The position numbers and the translations under genes were made by a program. Shown in pieces: positions 27,696 to 39,210 of a stretch of 53,751 nt of DNA. Position 1 is the stretch's first letter; each line of letters opens with the position of its first letter. Below the pieces are notes generated by a model. It made no database searches and was not told where the DNA came from. It saw nothing but the letters and a program-made list of their open reading frames with translations. Source of the DNA: Promethearchaeota archaeon (GTDB taxonomy: Archaea; Asgardarchaeota; Lokiarchaeia; Sigyniarchaeales; SOKP01); contig JAEOSU010000081.1 of NCBI GenBank assembly GCA_016840165.1, positions 1 through 53,751 of the forward strand. Reading direction: 5' to 3'.

Positions 27696-30600
27696 TTGAT
27701 TTCTGAAAATTTATCAAACAGCGATAAGTGGGTTGTCCTCAAGAGTCTTTTTGATGAAAAAGGCTTAGTACGCCAACATCTGGATTCATATAATAACTTT
27801 ATTCAACATGAAATGCAGGAAATTGTTGATGAATCAGGCGAAGTTATTCCAGATATTCCAGGGTTTAAAATTAAGTTTGGGAAAATAAATGTCGGTGTGC
27901 CCAAAGTAAGAGAAGCAGATGGAGCTACAATGGAGATTACTCCTATCGAAGCTAGAATTCGAGAATTGAGTTACGCTGCAGATATTACTTTAGAGATGAC
28001 ACCAATAACCATCGATGAGAGAACACAGAGGGAAGAGGCTGAAGAAACACTAGATATCTATATTGGAAAGATACCCATTATGTTAAAAAGCTGTCGATGC
28101 CCTTTAGAATCCCTTACTGAACAGGATCTTATCAATAGAGGTGAAGATCCCTTAGATCCAGGAGGATATTTTATAATTAATGGAACAGAACGAGTTTTAG
28201 TTACTCAAGAAGATTTGGCTCCAAATCGAATTCTTGCAGAAGAAGCTAGTCGAAGTTCAAGTGCAACTCATCAGGCAAAGGTATTTTCCACCCGAAGTGG
28301 ATTTAGAGCGCCAGTTACGATTGAAAGAAAAAAAGATGGGAATTTAAGGGTCTCATTTCCATCAGTTCCAGGTAAAATACCGTTAGCTATACTGATGAGA
28401 GCTTTAGGATTACATTCTGATAAAGAAATTTTTGAAGCAATCTCAGAGAATGAGGAAATTCAAAAAGAACTGATACCTGTAATCGATGTAGCGTCTGAGA
28501 TCCAAGTATTAAAGGATCCTGAAAAATCAGAACAAAATGCTCAAGACTACATAGGAAAACGTGTTGCCATAGGACAAACAAAAGATTACCGTATTCGAAG
28601 AGCACTACAAGTATTAGATCGATACTTACTACCGCACATTGGAAATAATGAAGAAGATAGGATAAAAAAAGCTTATTACTTAGGACAAATGGCTCAAAAA
28701 GTTATGGAATTAGCTTTAGGGTTTAGAGAACCTGATGACAAAGATCACTATGCTAATAAGAGATTAAAGCTAGCGGGTGAATTATTCACATCGCTTTTTA
28801 GGGTAGCTTTTTTGAATCTTGTAAAGGATATAAAATATCAATTAGAAAGAACTGCTGTTCGAGGAAGAGCTCCAAACATTAAAACTGCAGTCAGAGCGGA
28901 CGTAATAACTGAAAGAATTAGGCATGCGCTAGCAACAGGAAACTGGGTTGGAGGAAAAGCAGGAGTTAGTCAGTTATTAAATAGAACCAATCATGTTGGA
29001 ACATTAAGTCATCTTAGAAGAGTTATATCTCCTCTGAGCAGAAGTCAGCCTCATTTTGAAGCTCGTGATTTACATCCTACCCAATGGGGAAAGATTTGCC
29101 CCGCTGAAACGCCAGAAGGGCCAAATTGTGGTTTAGTTAAAAATCTTGGATTAGCATCAATAATATCTGTCGGTGCGGATGAAAAAATAATTGAAAATAT
29201 CCTAATTGATTTAGGAGTAATTCCTATTAATGAAGTAAAAAATGTTCGCGGTGATAAGGTAAAAGTTTTTTTAAATGGTAAACTTGTCGGTATCCATCAA
29301 AAATATAATCCATTCATTCGACAGTTAAGAGAAAAAAGGAGAAAAGGTGAGATCGGACAACATGTTAATCTCGGTTATTATCATGATTCAAAGGAAATTC
29401 AATTAAACTGTGATGCAGGAAGAGCAACTCGCCCTTTATTTGTCATTAAAAATAAAAAAACCCTTATTACTAAAGAAGATATTGAAAAAGTTAACCAAGG
29501 AAAGTATATCTGGTCAGATCTCATTCAAAAAGGGGTCATTGAATATTTAGATGCCGAAGAAGAGGAAAATGCGTATATCGCAATGTTTGAGGAAGATATC
29601 ACCGAAGAACACACTCATTTAGAAATCTCTCCAGCAGCTATCTTAGGAATTTGTGCTTCAATAATTCCTTTTCCAGAACATAATCAGTCTCCTAGAAATA
29701 CATATGAGGCAGGAATGGTTAAACAAGCTTTAGGTTTATTTGCTGCAAATATGCATCTAAGATTGGACACCAGAGGACATACGCTTCATTATCCACAAAA
29801 ACCTTTAGTTAAAACTAGCCCCATGGAAATTATTGGTATAAATGAACGTCCTGCTGGACAAAATTTCATAATAGCTATGATGAGTTATGAGGGATACAAC
29901 ATTGAAGATGCCATCATAATCAATAAAGCATCAATAGAAAGAGGATTAGCAAGAAGTCATTTCTTTAGAACTTACGATGCGGAAGAAAGAAAATATCCTG
30001 GTGGTGAGGTTGACAAGTTTGAGATTCCAGAAAGGGGGGTTCGTGGATTCAAATCTGCTGAGTCATATCGTTTATTATCTGAAGAGGATGGAATTATAGA
30101 ACCTGAAACCTCCGTAAATGGTGGAGATGTGTTGATTGGAAGGACCTCTCCTCCAAGATTTATAAAATCTTATGAGGAATTTGAATTAATGCAACCTACA
30201 AGAAGGGAGACCTCAAAGAATATGCGTCATAATGAAAAGGGTATTGTTGATACAGTGATAATATCTGAAACTGTCGATGGAAATAAACTTGTCAAAATAA
30301 AAGTAAGAGATTTAAGAATTCCAGAATTAGGGGATAAATTTTCCTCTCGTCATGGGCAAAAAGGGGTACTAGGACTAATTCAACCGGGTGAGGATATGCC
30401 ATTTACATCAAAAGGTATAATACCAGATATTATTGTAAATCCTCATGCTATGCCATCAAGAATGACCTTAGGACAACTATTTGAGGGAATTAGTGGTAAG
30501 ATCGCATGTGTTACAGGGAAATTAGGAGATGCAACTGCTTTTGAATGGAAAGACATCACCAAATTACAGGAACAATTAGTGGATTCAGGTTTTGAATTCA

Positions 30601-31067
30601 ATGGTAGGGAAGTCATGTATAATGGAATTACAGGAGAAAAATATGATGCAGGAATTTATTGTGCTCCAATTTATTATCAAAAGTTATATCACTTAGTAGC
30701 GGATAAACTTCATGCTCGAGCTAGAGGTCCGGTCCAAATACTAACTCGGCAACCAACTGAGGGTCGAGCTCGGGAAGGAGGATTACGTTTTGGAGAAATG
30801 GAGAGAGATTGCTTAGTTGGCCATGGTTCTGCCTTATTATTGAAAGAGAGATTACTAGATGAGTCAGATAAAACTGTAATTTTAGTATGTGAAAAATGTG
30901 GCTTATTAGCGGTTTATGATAGAAATCGAGATAAGAGATATTGCCCGGTGTGTGGAGAGGGAACTATTATCTCTAAAGTAGTTTGTTCATATGCTTTTAA
31001 ATTATTATTACAGGAAATGATGTCCTTAGGTTTGGCGCCGAGACTTAAATTGAAAGAGAAGATATAG
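27696..31067 (+). CDS. rpoB: RNA polymerase subunit Rpo2 (B), unsplit
   Basis: GGYFIINGTER, ETPEGPNCGL, GDKFSSRHGQKG, GLRFGEMERD, and a zinc finger. Confidence 0.98.
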   Translation: MISENLSNSDKWVVLKSLFDEKGLVRQHLDSYNNFIQHEMQEIVDESGEVIPDIPGFKIKFGKINVGVPKVREADGATMEITPIEARIRELSYAADITLEMTPITIDERTQREEAEETLDIYIGKIPIMLKSCRCPLESLTEQDLINRGEDPLDPGGYFIINGTERVLVTQEDLAPNRILAEEASRSSSATHQAKVFSTRSGFRAPVTIERKKDGNLRVSFPSVPGKIPLAILMRALGLHSDKEIFEAISENEEIQKELIPVIDVASEIQVLKDPEKSEQNAQDYIGKRVAIGQTKDYRIRRALQVLDRYLLPHIGNNEEDRIKKAYYLGQMAQKVMELALGFREPDDKDHYANKRLKLAGELFTSLFRVAFLNLVKDIKYQLERTAVRGRAPNIKTAVRADVITERIRHALATGNWVGGKAGVSQLLNRTNHVGTLSHLRRVISPLSRSQPHFEARDLHPTQWGKICPAETPEGPNCGLVKNLGLASIISVGADEKIIENILIDLGVIPINEVKNVRGDKVKVFLNGKLVGIHQKYNPFIRQLREKRRKGEIGQHVNLGYYHDSKEIQLNCDAGRATRPLFVIKNKKTLITKEDIEKVNQGKYIWSDLIQKGVIEYLDAEEEENAYIAMFEEDITEEHTHLEISPAAILGICASIIPFPEHNQSPRNTYEAGMVKQALGLFAANMHLRLDTRGHTLHYPQKPLVKTSPMEIIGINERPAGQNFIIAMMSYEGYNIEDAIIINKASIERGLARSHFFRTYDAEERKYPGGEVDKFEIPERGVRGFKSAESYRLLSEEDGIIEPETSVNGGDVLIGRTSPPRFIKSYEEFELMQPTRRETSKNMRHNEKGIVDTVIISETVDGNKLVKIKVRDLRIPELGDKFSSRHGQKGVLGLIQPGEDMPFTSKGIIPDIIVNPHAMPSRMTLGQLFEGISGKIACVTGKLGDATAFEWKDITKLQEQLVDSGFEFNGREVMYNGITGEKYDAGIYCAPIYYQKLYHLVADKLHARARGPVQILTRQPTEGRAREGGLRFGEMERDCLVGHGSALLLKERLLDESDKTVILVCEKCGLLAVYDRNRDKRYCPVCGEGTIISKVVCSYAFKLLLQEMMSLGLAPRLKLKEKI

Positions 31068-31148
31068 AAAAATTATATTAATTCATCTTTTTTTGTTTCA
31101 TATATAAATAAAAAAAAAGTAAAAATTTGTTTTTTCAGTTATTAGGGA

Positions 31149-31568
31149 TTATACTACAAATCCAAGAAAGCTCGCTAGTCCCGGTATGAGCGTATACAAA
31201 AGGAATAAAAAGAACAACGTTAATAATGATATCCATAGAGCATTATCCCAAGGAACATCCAATAGATATTTAGCAAGTAGCAATATGATTAAAAAGCCAA
31301 TTATTGGCACTAAAAGCATCAAGTAATTGCCATCACTCCAAGGGATGAGGGATCCAATAACTCCTAATACTGAACTAATTGCTCCTAATACAATAGGTAT
31401 TATTAAAACAAAAATAATAGCTAATATAATTATTATAATTATTTTATCCTTGGCTTTCGTTTTTGATTCTATAAGCAATACTGCTATAAATAGTATTAAG
31501 GCAACGATGATCGTGGCAAGAACAAACCATAAAATGAAAAATAAAGTATCTTCTAATTGAAACAGCAT
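31149..31568 (-). CDS. 4-TM membrane protein
   Basis: Four hydrophobic segments. Confidence 0.7.
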   Translation of the reverse strand: MLFQLEDTLFFILWFVLATIIVALILFIAVLLIESKTKAKDKIIIIIILAIIFVLIIPIVLGAISSVLGVIGSLIPWSDGNYLMLLVPIIGFLIILLLAKYLLDVPWDNALWISLLTLFFLFLLYTLIPGLASFLGFVV

Positions 31569-31699
31569 TTTTATTCTTTCTCCTGTTTATTTGATTCAAA
31601 TTTTATAATTTGATTATAGCTAAATTAACATTCTTCTTTTTTAAATATTGAGGATATTATTTATTGAAAAAAATTTCGGATTGAAAAAAAAATTTCAAA

Positions 31700-31939
31700 T
31701 TAGATACCGAAATTAAGAAGGAAGAAATGAATGGCAAATCCCATTAGAATAGCCGCAATTGCGATGGTAATGACGGAAAGTTTTATAGAGATTTCCCTAC
31801 CGTATCTCGTATATATAATTAATATAGCTAAAGTGATAAGCCCAATTATTAAAAAAAGCCAAGCAAAGATCCACAAACTTAAAGAGGGGACTTCGAAATC
31901 AGTCAATTGCATAATTGATAATAACATGAGACTTTTCAC
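31700..31939 (-). CDS. small 2-TM membrane protein
   Basis: Two hydrophobic helices separated by YTRYGREIS; start uncertain. Confidence 0.6.
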   Translation of the reverse strand: MKSLMLLSIMQLTDFEVPSLSLWIFAWLFLIIGLITLAILIIYTRYGREISIKLSVITIAIAAILMGFAIHFFLLNFGI

Positions 31940-32153
31940 TTTTTTTTAGTGATAGATTAATAAAATAAATATTTTTTTTTTAATTTTATCATATTCTTTT
32001 TCAATAACTGAGATAAAATTTAATTATAATTTATCTTCATTATCGTCTAAAAAGAAAAAAATTTAACTTAGTTAATATTAACATCTTAAAGCAAATAAAA
32101 CTTAATAACTTAAAGGAATATTAATATAATTTTTAAATCGAGTTGCACATTTA

Positions 32154-32936
32154 ATGCATTTCTTAAAAGAATTAATAGAAAAGCCGGAATTAGATAACCC
32201 AGCAATGAATCACATGAATATCCATCGCCATTTCTATCGATATTCTAAAGGTGATTTTATTGGTCCCGCTATTAAAATTTCTCAAACTAGTTCAAAGATC
32301 ACTTTAAAAGGAACTCATGAGTATGAGGATTTAGTAACTGAACTTGTTTTAAGATCGATAACTGATGACAAAAAAATGATAGAGATCGAGGGAAATTTAA
32401 TTTCAGGTTTAGATATTAGTAAAATGTTAGAAAATAATAATATAAACTGGGATTTGCACGAATCTTCTGGTAAAACAAAAAATTTCAAGGCTGCGATAAA
32501 AGATACAATTAATAGTGAACTATTAGTAGAAATTATAGATCAACTACGCGATAATAGTTATTTATTAATCTCATTTCAATTAGATCCATTAATTAAGGTT
32601 AAAACTAAAAAAAATATTCCACAACCATCGAAAAAAAAAATCGGAGAAGATGATGTTAATAAAAGAATTAGTTTTTGTACAGGTTATTTAAAGAATACAG
32701 AAGAGAATCTCAAAAGAGTAATTGAGAACACAATTCCAGATTTTATATCAGAATTGCCGAAAAAATGGAAAAATATAACTCTTTTAAATAATTACAAGAT
32801 AACTGATATTCAATTGCCAAAGGATGTTAAAAATTCAAGATTATTACGAATTTTATCCGTAAGAAAGGGTAGAGTTTTTCGTTCAATTGAAATTGATTCT
32901 GAATTAATTGAAAAACAATATTCTATCGTTGTTTGA
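32154..32936 (+). CDS. hypothetical protein upstream of tfe
   Basis: 260-aa ORF with IHRHFYRYSKGDF.GP and RKG motifs; family not recognised. Confidence 0.7.
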   Translation: MHFLKELIEKPELDNPAMNHMNIHRHFYRYSKGDFIGPAIKISQTSSKITLKGTHEYEDLVTELVLRSITDDKKMIEIEGNLISGLDISKMLENNNINWDLHESSGKTKNFKAAIKDTINSELLVEIIDQLRDNSYLLISFQLDPLIKVKTKKNIPQPSKKKIGEDDVNKRISFCTGYLKNTEENLKRVIENTIPDFISELPKKWKNITLLNNYKITDIQLPKDVKNSRLLRILSVRKGRVFRSIEIDSELIEKQYSIVV

Positions 32937-32985
32937 ACTGTAATGAATAATTTTAAAATATAACTGAAGATATAAGGTAATAAGC

Positions 32986-33579
32986 ATGAAGGAATTAAAC
33001 CCATTATTAAGATCTTTATTGTTTATCATTGGAGGAGATATTGCGATAGAAATTGGAATAGAATTGTTAAATTCAGAAGATCAAGACATAACTGATGAAG
33101 ATATTACTGAAAATATTCTAGCTCGAATAAAATCTGAGGGAAGAGATGTTGATTTTGAACCAGATGATACTGAAAAACTAAAATTGAATACTGTACGTAA
33201 AACATTATATAAATTATATGGTGAGAAACTTGCTCAATTTAGAAGAATTCGTGATAAATCTACGGGTTGGTTTATTTATTATTGGTGGCATGAATTTGAT
33301 TTACTTGAGGAAATTCTTTTGGAAAAAAAAAAGTTAGTGGAGGAGAAATTAAGAGAGAGATTAGAATTTGAACAAAACAATTACTTTTTCATTTGTAATG
33401 AGTGTGTAAATAATAATATTAAATATAACTTTGAAGATGCTTTTGAAATGAATTTTCGATGCCCAGATTGTGGTGGAGCCTTAATAGCACAAGAAAACGA
33501 TGATTTGATCAATTTCCTCAAGGAAAAGATTGCTAGATTAGAAAAGTTCGATTTAACTGTTGATTCTGTTAAAAAATAG
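32986..33579 (+). CDS. tfe: transcription factor E alpha
   Basis: TDEDI...LNTVRKTLYKL, RDKSTGWFIYYW, and C..C...FRCPDCG zinc ribbon. Confidence 0.95.
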   Translation: MKELNPLLRSLLFIIGGDIAIEIGIELLNSEDQDITDEDITENILARIKSEGRDVDFEPDDTEKLKLNTVRKTLYKLYGEKLAQFRRIRDKSTGWFIYYWWHEFDLLEEILLEKKKLVEEKLRERLEFEQNNYFFICNECVNNNIKYNFEDAFEMNFRCPDCGGALIAQENDDLINFLKEKIARLEKFDLTVDSVKK

Positions 33580-33650
33580 TTCAGAATTTTATTTTTAGAA
33601 AAAAAATTGAGTATTTTTACTTTATATTAAAAATTTTAACTAGAAACTGT

Positions 33651-35666
33651 ATGATTAAAAGAATAGGCACTTGTTCGAAAGATTGTTATGGATCTTGTGT
33701 TTTTATTGGAGAATGGGATGACCAAGCTCAAGAACGAAAATTTTTAAATGCTAAACCTGTAAAAAAACATCCTTTTACTAATGGTTTTTTCTGTGAGAAA
33801 TTAGTTAAAAGAGAATCTTTAATTTATCATCCAGAAAGATTAAAACACGCTTTGATTCGAGCGGGACCGAAAGGTTCGAATAATTTTGATAGGATTCCCC
33901 TAGATGAAGCAATAAAAATTATTGCTAATCGGGTGAATAAAACTATTGCAAATTTTGGAAGTAAATCAATACTCGGTGCCTATAATTCTGGAAACAACGG
34001 TTTATTATCAAGATTTGCGCCATTTCGATTTTTTGGAAAGATAGGTGCTACGATCACCAGCGGTGGTATTTGTAATGAAGGAGGTTGTGTAGGATTAAAT
34101 CAATTATTTGGAACTTACTCCACAACTAATCCACTTCAATTGATAAATCCAAAAACCAATATAATTGTGAACTGGGGAAGTGATGTGGCAAATCGGAACG
34201 TTCACACGCATTATTTGATTAAAAGAGCCATAAAAAATGGTATAAAATTAATCTCAATTGATTCAAGGAAAACTCAAAATTTTAAGGATTCTGATCTATC
34301 CTTTATAATAGCTCCTGGGAGGGATCATCTATTTGCTCAACTTATACTAAAACAAATTTTAGAGGAGCAAGCTTCTGATAAAGATTTCTTAATTAATCAT
34401 ACCTCTAACTGGGAGCATATTTTGAAAGAATTAGGGAAAATTAATACAAAAAAGATATTAGATCAACTCAACTTAGAAATTAATGAATTCCAAGATTTAA
34501 TCAATATCATTATAGAAAATAAAGATCATACAATTTTTAATATCGGCTATGGAATACAAAAAGATTTCTTTGGCGGTCGAATAGTCCAAACTATCGCCCT
34601 TATTCAGATTTTGCTTGGTAATTTAGGAAAGTCTGGTACGGGTATTATCTATTCCCAAAGCGACTTTAATATACCGTTAATCAATCCTTTAATTGATTTT
34701 ATTACTCAAAAAAACACTTATGAACCACTTAAAAATATCAAGTTAATTAGTTTAGGACGTGAATTATCGACAAATGATTATAAAATGCTTTTTATTTATA
34801 ATTTTAATCCAGTAAGTTCACTACCAAATCAAAATCAATTAAAACGCAGTTTTTTAAGGAAAGATTTATTTACAGTGGTTCAAGAGATTTTTTTGACAGA
34901 GACAACTAAGTATGCAGACATTGTAATTCCATCAAAATTTGATTTAGAATCTGATGATTTGTTTTCCCCTTATTATATCCCCGGGATTTCAATTAACCAA
35001 GCAGGCCCTTGTCCTTACGAGAATTGTCTAACTAATTATGAGTTTTTTCAAGGATTAGCTTTAAACTTGGGGTGGCAGAATTTAGCTATTCTAAAAGAGA
35101 ACGATTTAGAAATTGTGCAAAAATGCTTAAATCTTCTTCCTAATATTGCAAGAAATAATGTTAAAATACATGGTTATCATTTGTTATTTAAAAATGAGGA
35201 TGTTCCTTATGAGAAGCTTCAGTTTCCTACAGTTGATGGGAGAATTCATTTAAAAAAGATTTCTTTTAACTTTGGAGCCAAACTACTAAATAAAAGAAAT
35301 AATAGAGAATCTCATGAGTTTTTACTTATTACACCATCATTTAAGTATTTTCTTCATTCTCAATTAGGACAGTTAAATAGCCAATTTTTAATGGTTTTTG
35401 AAAAGATTTACTTAAATCCATTAGACATTGAGAAGCTGAAATTAAAGATAGGAAGAAAAGTAAAAGTAAGCAATGATCTTGGAAAGGCAGATTATACATT
35501 AGAAAGTCTTGATTCCATTAATCAGGGTGTAGCATTGATCTACTCAGGATCTCCAATGGGGATTAATAAAAACCATAATCCCAATATTTTTATTTCTGAC
35601 AAACCAGAAGAGTTAGGTTATTCGGGAGCTTATAATTCTGCCATTATTAATGTAGAAAAAATATGA
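33651..35666 (+). CDS. molybdopterin (bis-MGD) oxidoreductase
   Basis: CSKDCYGSC...HPFTNGFFC 4Fe-4S motif, ERLKHAL, TETTKYADIVIP, and a C-terminal molybdopterin dinucleotide-binding domain. Confidence 0.88.
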   Translation: MIKRIGTCSKDCYGSCVFIGEWDDQAQERKFLNAKPVKKHPFTNGFFCEKLVKRESLIYHPERLKHALIRAGPKGSNNFDRIPLDEAIKIIANRVNKTIANFGSKSILGAYNSGNNGLLSRFAPFRFFGKIGATITSGGICNEGGCVGLNQLFGTYSTTNPLQLINPKTNIIVNWGSDVANRNVHTHYLIKRAIKNGIKLISIDSRKTQNFKDSDLSFIIAPGRDHLFAQLILKQILEEQASDKDFLINHTSNWEHILKELGKINTKKILDQLNLEINEFQDLINIIIENKDHTIFNIGYGIQKDFFGGRIVQTIALIQILLGNLGKSGTGIIYSQSDFNIPLINPLIDFITQKNTYEPLKNIKLISLGRELSTNDYKMLFIYNFNPVSSLPNQNQLKRSFLRKDLFTVVQEIFLTETTKYADIVIPSKFDLESDDLFSPYYIPGISINQAGPCPYENCLTNYEFFQGLALNLGWQNLAILKENDLEIVQKCLNLLPNIARNNVKIHGYHLLFKNEDVPYEKLQFPTVDGRIHLKKISFNFGAKLLNKRNNRESHEFLLITPSFKYFLHSQLGQLNSQFLMVFEKIYLNPLDIEKLKLKIGRKVKVSNDLGKADYTLESLDSINQGVALIYSGSPMGINKNHNPNIFISDKPEELGYSGAYNSAIINVEKI

Positions 35667-35681
35667 TGAGAAATATTTTTT

Positions 35682-36209
35682 TTATTTTTTCTTTTTAATG
35701 AATGCAATATCTCCAAGAGTAGAACTATTTGATTTTTTCATATATTTACTGCTCTGAGCACTTGGTTCTAATTTGTCAATTTCTTTTATTAATTTGATTT
35801 GATAAACTTTTTCTATTTTTTTTGCAAGTTCAAGAGTAGGTTCTACTTTTCCTGCCTCAATTCTTCTTAATAATGATGGTTTTTCATTTAGTTTTTGAGC
35901 GAACTGATCTTGGTTCAAACCTCTAGAAATCCTTGCATTATGAATGAGATCAGCATAATTTGGGATAATCTCGATTTTTTCAAATTTTTCCGCTTCCCTA
36001 TATAACTTAGTTGACGTATGAGGTTTAGATTTTATCGCCTTTTTTTGAAAACTTCTTTTTGGTGGTTCATAGACTATTTTTCCTTCTTTAGCGCAGCTCT
36101 GACAAACCATTATTTTAGCGCCCTCAATCAAAACCTTCTGACCTTTCCAAATTATCCCCCCACAAATTGGACATTCCTTATCATATTCAATTCTTTTTTT
36201 TTTTGCCAT
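35682..36209 (-). CDS. multiprotein bridging factor aMBF1
   Basis: CPICG...CQSC zinc ribbon, HTH GLNQDQFAQKLNEKPSLLRRIEAG, and TLGD. Confidence 0.92.
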   Translation of the reverse strand: MAKKKRIEYDKECPICGGIIWKGQKVLIEGAKIMVCQSCAKEGKIVYEPPKRSFQKKAIKSKPHTSTKLYREAEKFEKIEIIPNYADLIHNARISRGLNQDQFAQKLNEKPSLLRRIEAGKVEPTLELAKKIEKVYQIKLIKEIDKLEPSAQSSKYMKKSNSSTLGDIAFIKKKK

Positions 36210-36450
36210 AGATTGACCTCAAGTAATAGTGTTATAGAGGATATGGGATATATATTAAATTGAGTGGAGAACTCTTATAATTTTCGGTTTTAAAGAAAAA
36301 TTTGTTATAAAATATAACCTATAAACTTTTTAGAAATCGACATTTTTATGATACTTGTGTATTACCTTAAATTTAAATGAAAGAAAGTTTATTATTAAAT
36401 TAAAAAAGTATCTTAAAAATAAAAACTAGTTAAGAAGGGGTAAGTTCTTT

Positions 36451-37659
36451 TTGACCACGATTAAAGACAAGAAAAAGAAGGAAGATACTAAGGATGGAGA
36501 ATACTTAATAACTTATACTAGACATCTAGAAAAGAGATTACGTAATTTAGAAACTGAAAAGCAATTATTAGATGCTGAAAGATTGCGTTTAGAACAAGAG
36601 CTTCACAGTCTGAGAAATGAAATTGATAGATTGAGGGAACCTCCTTTAGTGTCTGCTACCATCATAGACTTTTTAGATGAAAAAGGAAGAGCGATAGTTA
36701 AAAGTTCTACAGGACCCAGTTTTGTAGTAAATATGAGTAGAAAGGTCAAAAATGAAAAACTAACACCTGGTACGAGAGTGGCATTAAATCAAAGAACATT
36801 TGCTATAATGGAAGTATTACCCACGAAGTTAGATCCATTCGTGAAAGGTATGGAAGTCGTAGATTCTGTTCCAGATATTTCTTATGAAGATGTTGGAGGG
36901 CTTGAAGAACAGCTTCAGGAAGTAAGAGAGACAGTAGAATTACCCCTATTGAAACCTGAGTTATTTAAAAAAGTTGGAATTGATCCTCCAAAGGGAGTAT
37001 TACTTTATGGTGCCCCTGGTACAGGAAAAACCTTAGTTGCTAAAGCAGTTGCACATGAAACAAATGCAACCTTCATTAGAATAATTGGTTCAGAATTAGT
37101 ACAAAAATTTATTGGTGAAGGCGCACGTTTAGTAAGAGAAATATTCAATTTAGCTAAAGATAAAGCTCCAACAATTCTATTTATAGACGAGTTAGATGCA
37201 ATCGGATCCCAGAGGCTAAAAATAGCGACATCTGGAGATCGTGAGGTTCAAAGAACCCTAATGCAGCTCCTAAGTGAATTAGATGGATTTGAACAAAGAG
37301 GAGATGTAAAAATTATCGGTGCTACTAATAGAATTGACATATTAGATCCTGCTCTTTTAAGGCCAGGGCGATTTGATCGCATGATAGACTTTCCTATTCC
37401 AGATGAATCAGGACGAATTGCAATTTTTAATATTCACATGAGAAATTTAAATATAGATGAAAAAATCAATGTAAGAAAATTGGTTGACGCCACAGAGGGA
37501 GCAACGGGAGCTGATATAAAAGCAATATGTACGGAAGCAGGTATGTTTGCTATTCGGAAGGAGGCAGAAATGATAATAGAGGATGATTTTATACAAGCAG
37601 TAAATAAGGTTATGCATAAGCTTAAAGATCAAAACATGGAATCAAGATTATATTCTTAA
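36451..37659 (+). CDS. pan: proteasome-activating nucleotidase
   Basis: Coiled coil + OB domain, [28 protein letters not shown], and C-terminal HbYX (LYS). Confidence 0.97.
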   Translation: MTTIKDKKKKEDTKDGEYLITYTRHLEKRLRNLETEKQLLDAERLRLEQELHSLRNEIDRLREPPLVSATIIDFLDEKGRAIVKSSTGPSFVVNMSRKVKNEKLTPGTRVALNQRTFAIMEVLPTKLDPFVKGMEVVDSVPDISYEDVGGLEEQLQEVRETVELPLLKPELFKKVGIDPPKGVLLYGAPGTGKTLVAKAVAHETNATFIRIIGSELVQKFIGEGARLVREIFNLAKDKAPTILFIDELDAIGSQRLKIATSGDREVQRTLMQLLSELDGFEQRGDVKIIGATNRIDILDPALLRPGRFDRMIDFPIPDESGRIAIFNIHMRNLNIDEKINVRKLVDATEGATGADIKAICTEAGMFAIRKEAEMIIEDDFIQAVNKVMHKLKDQNMESRLYS

Positions 37660-37725
37660 CTTTTTCTCCTTACTATTAAAATAGTTTACTAATTTAATTA
37701 TATAATAAGGAAATCATATTATTTC

Positions 37726-38220
37726 TTGAAAATGTGCTCTCATTTTTTAGATCTAAGAAAAGTTAAAGCAATATCTGATTATCAATTCAGTTCGACAGTT
37801 ACAGATATTCTATTTGAGCCTGAAGGTGCTATAAAAATAATATATTCTAAAAATACTAATAAAATTAAATATATTTATTATAATCAGGATCTATTGCTCT
37901 CATTCAGACCTACGAACGGTTTTTTCACTTTAAGTCTATTTGCTGCCAGTAAAATATTGGCAAATACTCAAAAACCATTGATGAGAGCAGTAGTGTTAAG
38001 TGAAATCTCTGAATTCATAAAAAAGGGAAGAAACGTTTTTTGTAAACACGTTATTGATATTGATGCCCATTTGAGAGCATTAGATGAGGTAATAATTGTA
38101 AATGAAGAGGATGAACTTTTAGCGGTAGGGAGATTAATGATACCTGTCCCTTATATAAAAGCATTTAATATAGGTGTCGCAATAAAAGTAAGAAAAGGAA
38201 TCTTTAAATCAAAATTATAA
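37726..38220 (+). CDS. PUA-domain protein (archaeosine TGT C-terminal-like)
   Basis: ISDYQF, FIKKGRNVFCKHV, and GVAIKVRKG. Confidence 0.85.
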   Translation: MKMCSHFLDLRKVKAISDYQFSSTVTDILFEPEGAIKIIYSKNTNKIKYIYYNQDLLLSFRPTNGFFTLSLFAASKILANTQKPLMRAVVLSEISEFIKKGRNVFCKHVIDIDAHLRALDEVIIVNEEDELLAVGRLMIPVPYIKAFNIGVAIKVRKGIFKSKL

Positions 38221-38272
38221 ACCGCAATTAATTATTATATCATAATATCAGAATTAGAGACTCAAGATTATT

Positions 38273-38752
38273 ATGGTAAAATTACCGAAAGAAATGCAAA
38301 AAAAGGAAAAAAGTAAACCTAAGCGTCCAACTCCAGTCGCAAAAAGAGAAGGCCAACATTTTGGTTCAAGACAAATGCGACGTCGAATGCAGCAGCAGGG
38401 AATAGAAATGGATCAAATCAATGCAACCAGAGTCATCATTGAAGGTCCCGAAAAGAATCTGATTATTGAACAGCCCGAAGTAGTACTGATGAAACAAATG
38501 GGACAAGAGATATATCAAGTAATTGGTGAGGCAAATGAATATGAGCCGAATGAAATTTCTATAGAGCATACAGAATCTGAAGAGGGAGGGGAAGAGAGCG
38601 ATTATTTAGAAGTGAAACCTACTATCACTGAAAATGATATAATGCTTGTTGCTACTCAAGCTAATGTTCAAAGAACCGAAGCAGAAGCAGTGTTGAATGA
38701 ATGTGGTGGAGATATTGCTAAGGCGATCTTACTTTTAAAAAATAGACCTTAA
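38273..38752 (+). CDS. nac: nascent polypeptide-associated complex protein
   Basis: RQMRRRMQQQGI NAC domain and C-terminal UBA (DIMLVATQA...GDIAKAI). Confidence 0.92.
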   Translation: MVKLPKEMQKKEKSKPKRPTPVAKREGQHFGSRQMRRRMQQQGIEMDQINATRVIIEGPEKNLIIEQPEVVLMKQMGQEIYQVIGEANEYEPNEISIEHTESEEGGEESDYLEVKPTITENDIMLVATQANVQRTEAEAVLNECGGDIAKAILLLKNRP

Positions 38753-38824
38753 TATAAAAAATAAAAAAAAAGTTAAGAATTATCCATTATTTTGAATTTA
38801 TATATTTATTTCGGAATATAAATC

Positions 38825-39178
38825 ATGTCAAAAATTAAAAAGAAAAAAGGAAGTTATGATTCAACAATTTCAAAGGAAGATATCAAATTTGAAAAAATTA
38901 TCCAATTTTCAGGATATACCTTTCTTATTGCTCTAATTCTTTTTCTAGGAGCATGGGTGGTATTAGACTTTTTTTTAGATTTAATAGAAATGGAATTAAA
39001 TGCCTCTTCTTATGCGATAATTTTATTTACAGGAATAAATAGTGCATTAAGTTTTGCTTTAGCTTCAAAAATAAAAGATAATCGAAATGAAAAAAAGAAA
39101 TTATATTTCGATTGGTTAATTGGCGTGTTTTTAATTTCTATGTTAGCTATTTTTACAGTAAGCGTTTATCAGTGGTAA
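38825..39178 (+). CDS. 3-TM membrane protein
   Basis: Three hydrophobic segments. Confidence 0.65.
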   Translation: MSKIKKKKGSYDSTISKEDIKFEKIIQFSGYTFLIALILFLGAWVVLDFFLDLIEMELNASSYAIILFTGINSALSFALASKIKDNRNEKKKLYFDWLIGVFLISMLAIFTVSVYQW

Positions 39179-39210
39179 ATATTCACAATTTTTAATATTA
39201 AGTTTATTAA

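Noticed and set aside
18615-31067. Inteins in DP2 or RpoB (also checked Cdc6, RtcB and NrdD)
   Set aside because: Protein lengths are normal and conserved motifs are contiguous.
33651-35669. Selenocysteine readthrough at TGA stops (molybdopterin enzyme, WH2 ORF)
   Set aside because: The TGAs fall at natural protein ends, the downstream frames are stop-containing or low-complexity, and I recognised no SECIS.
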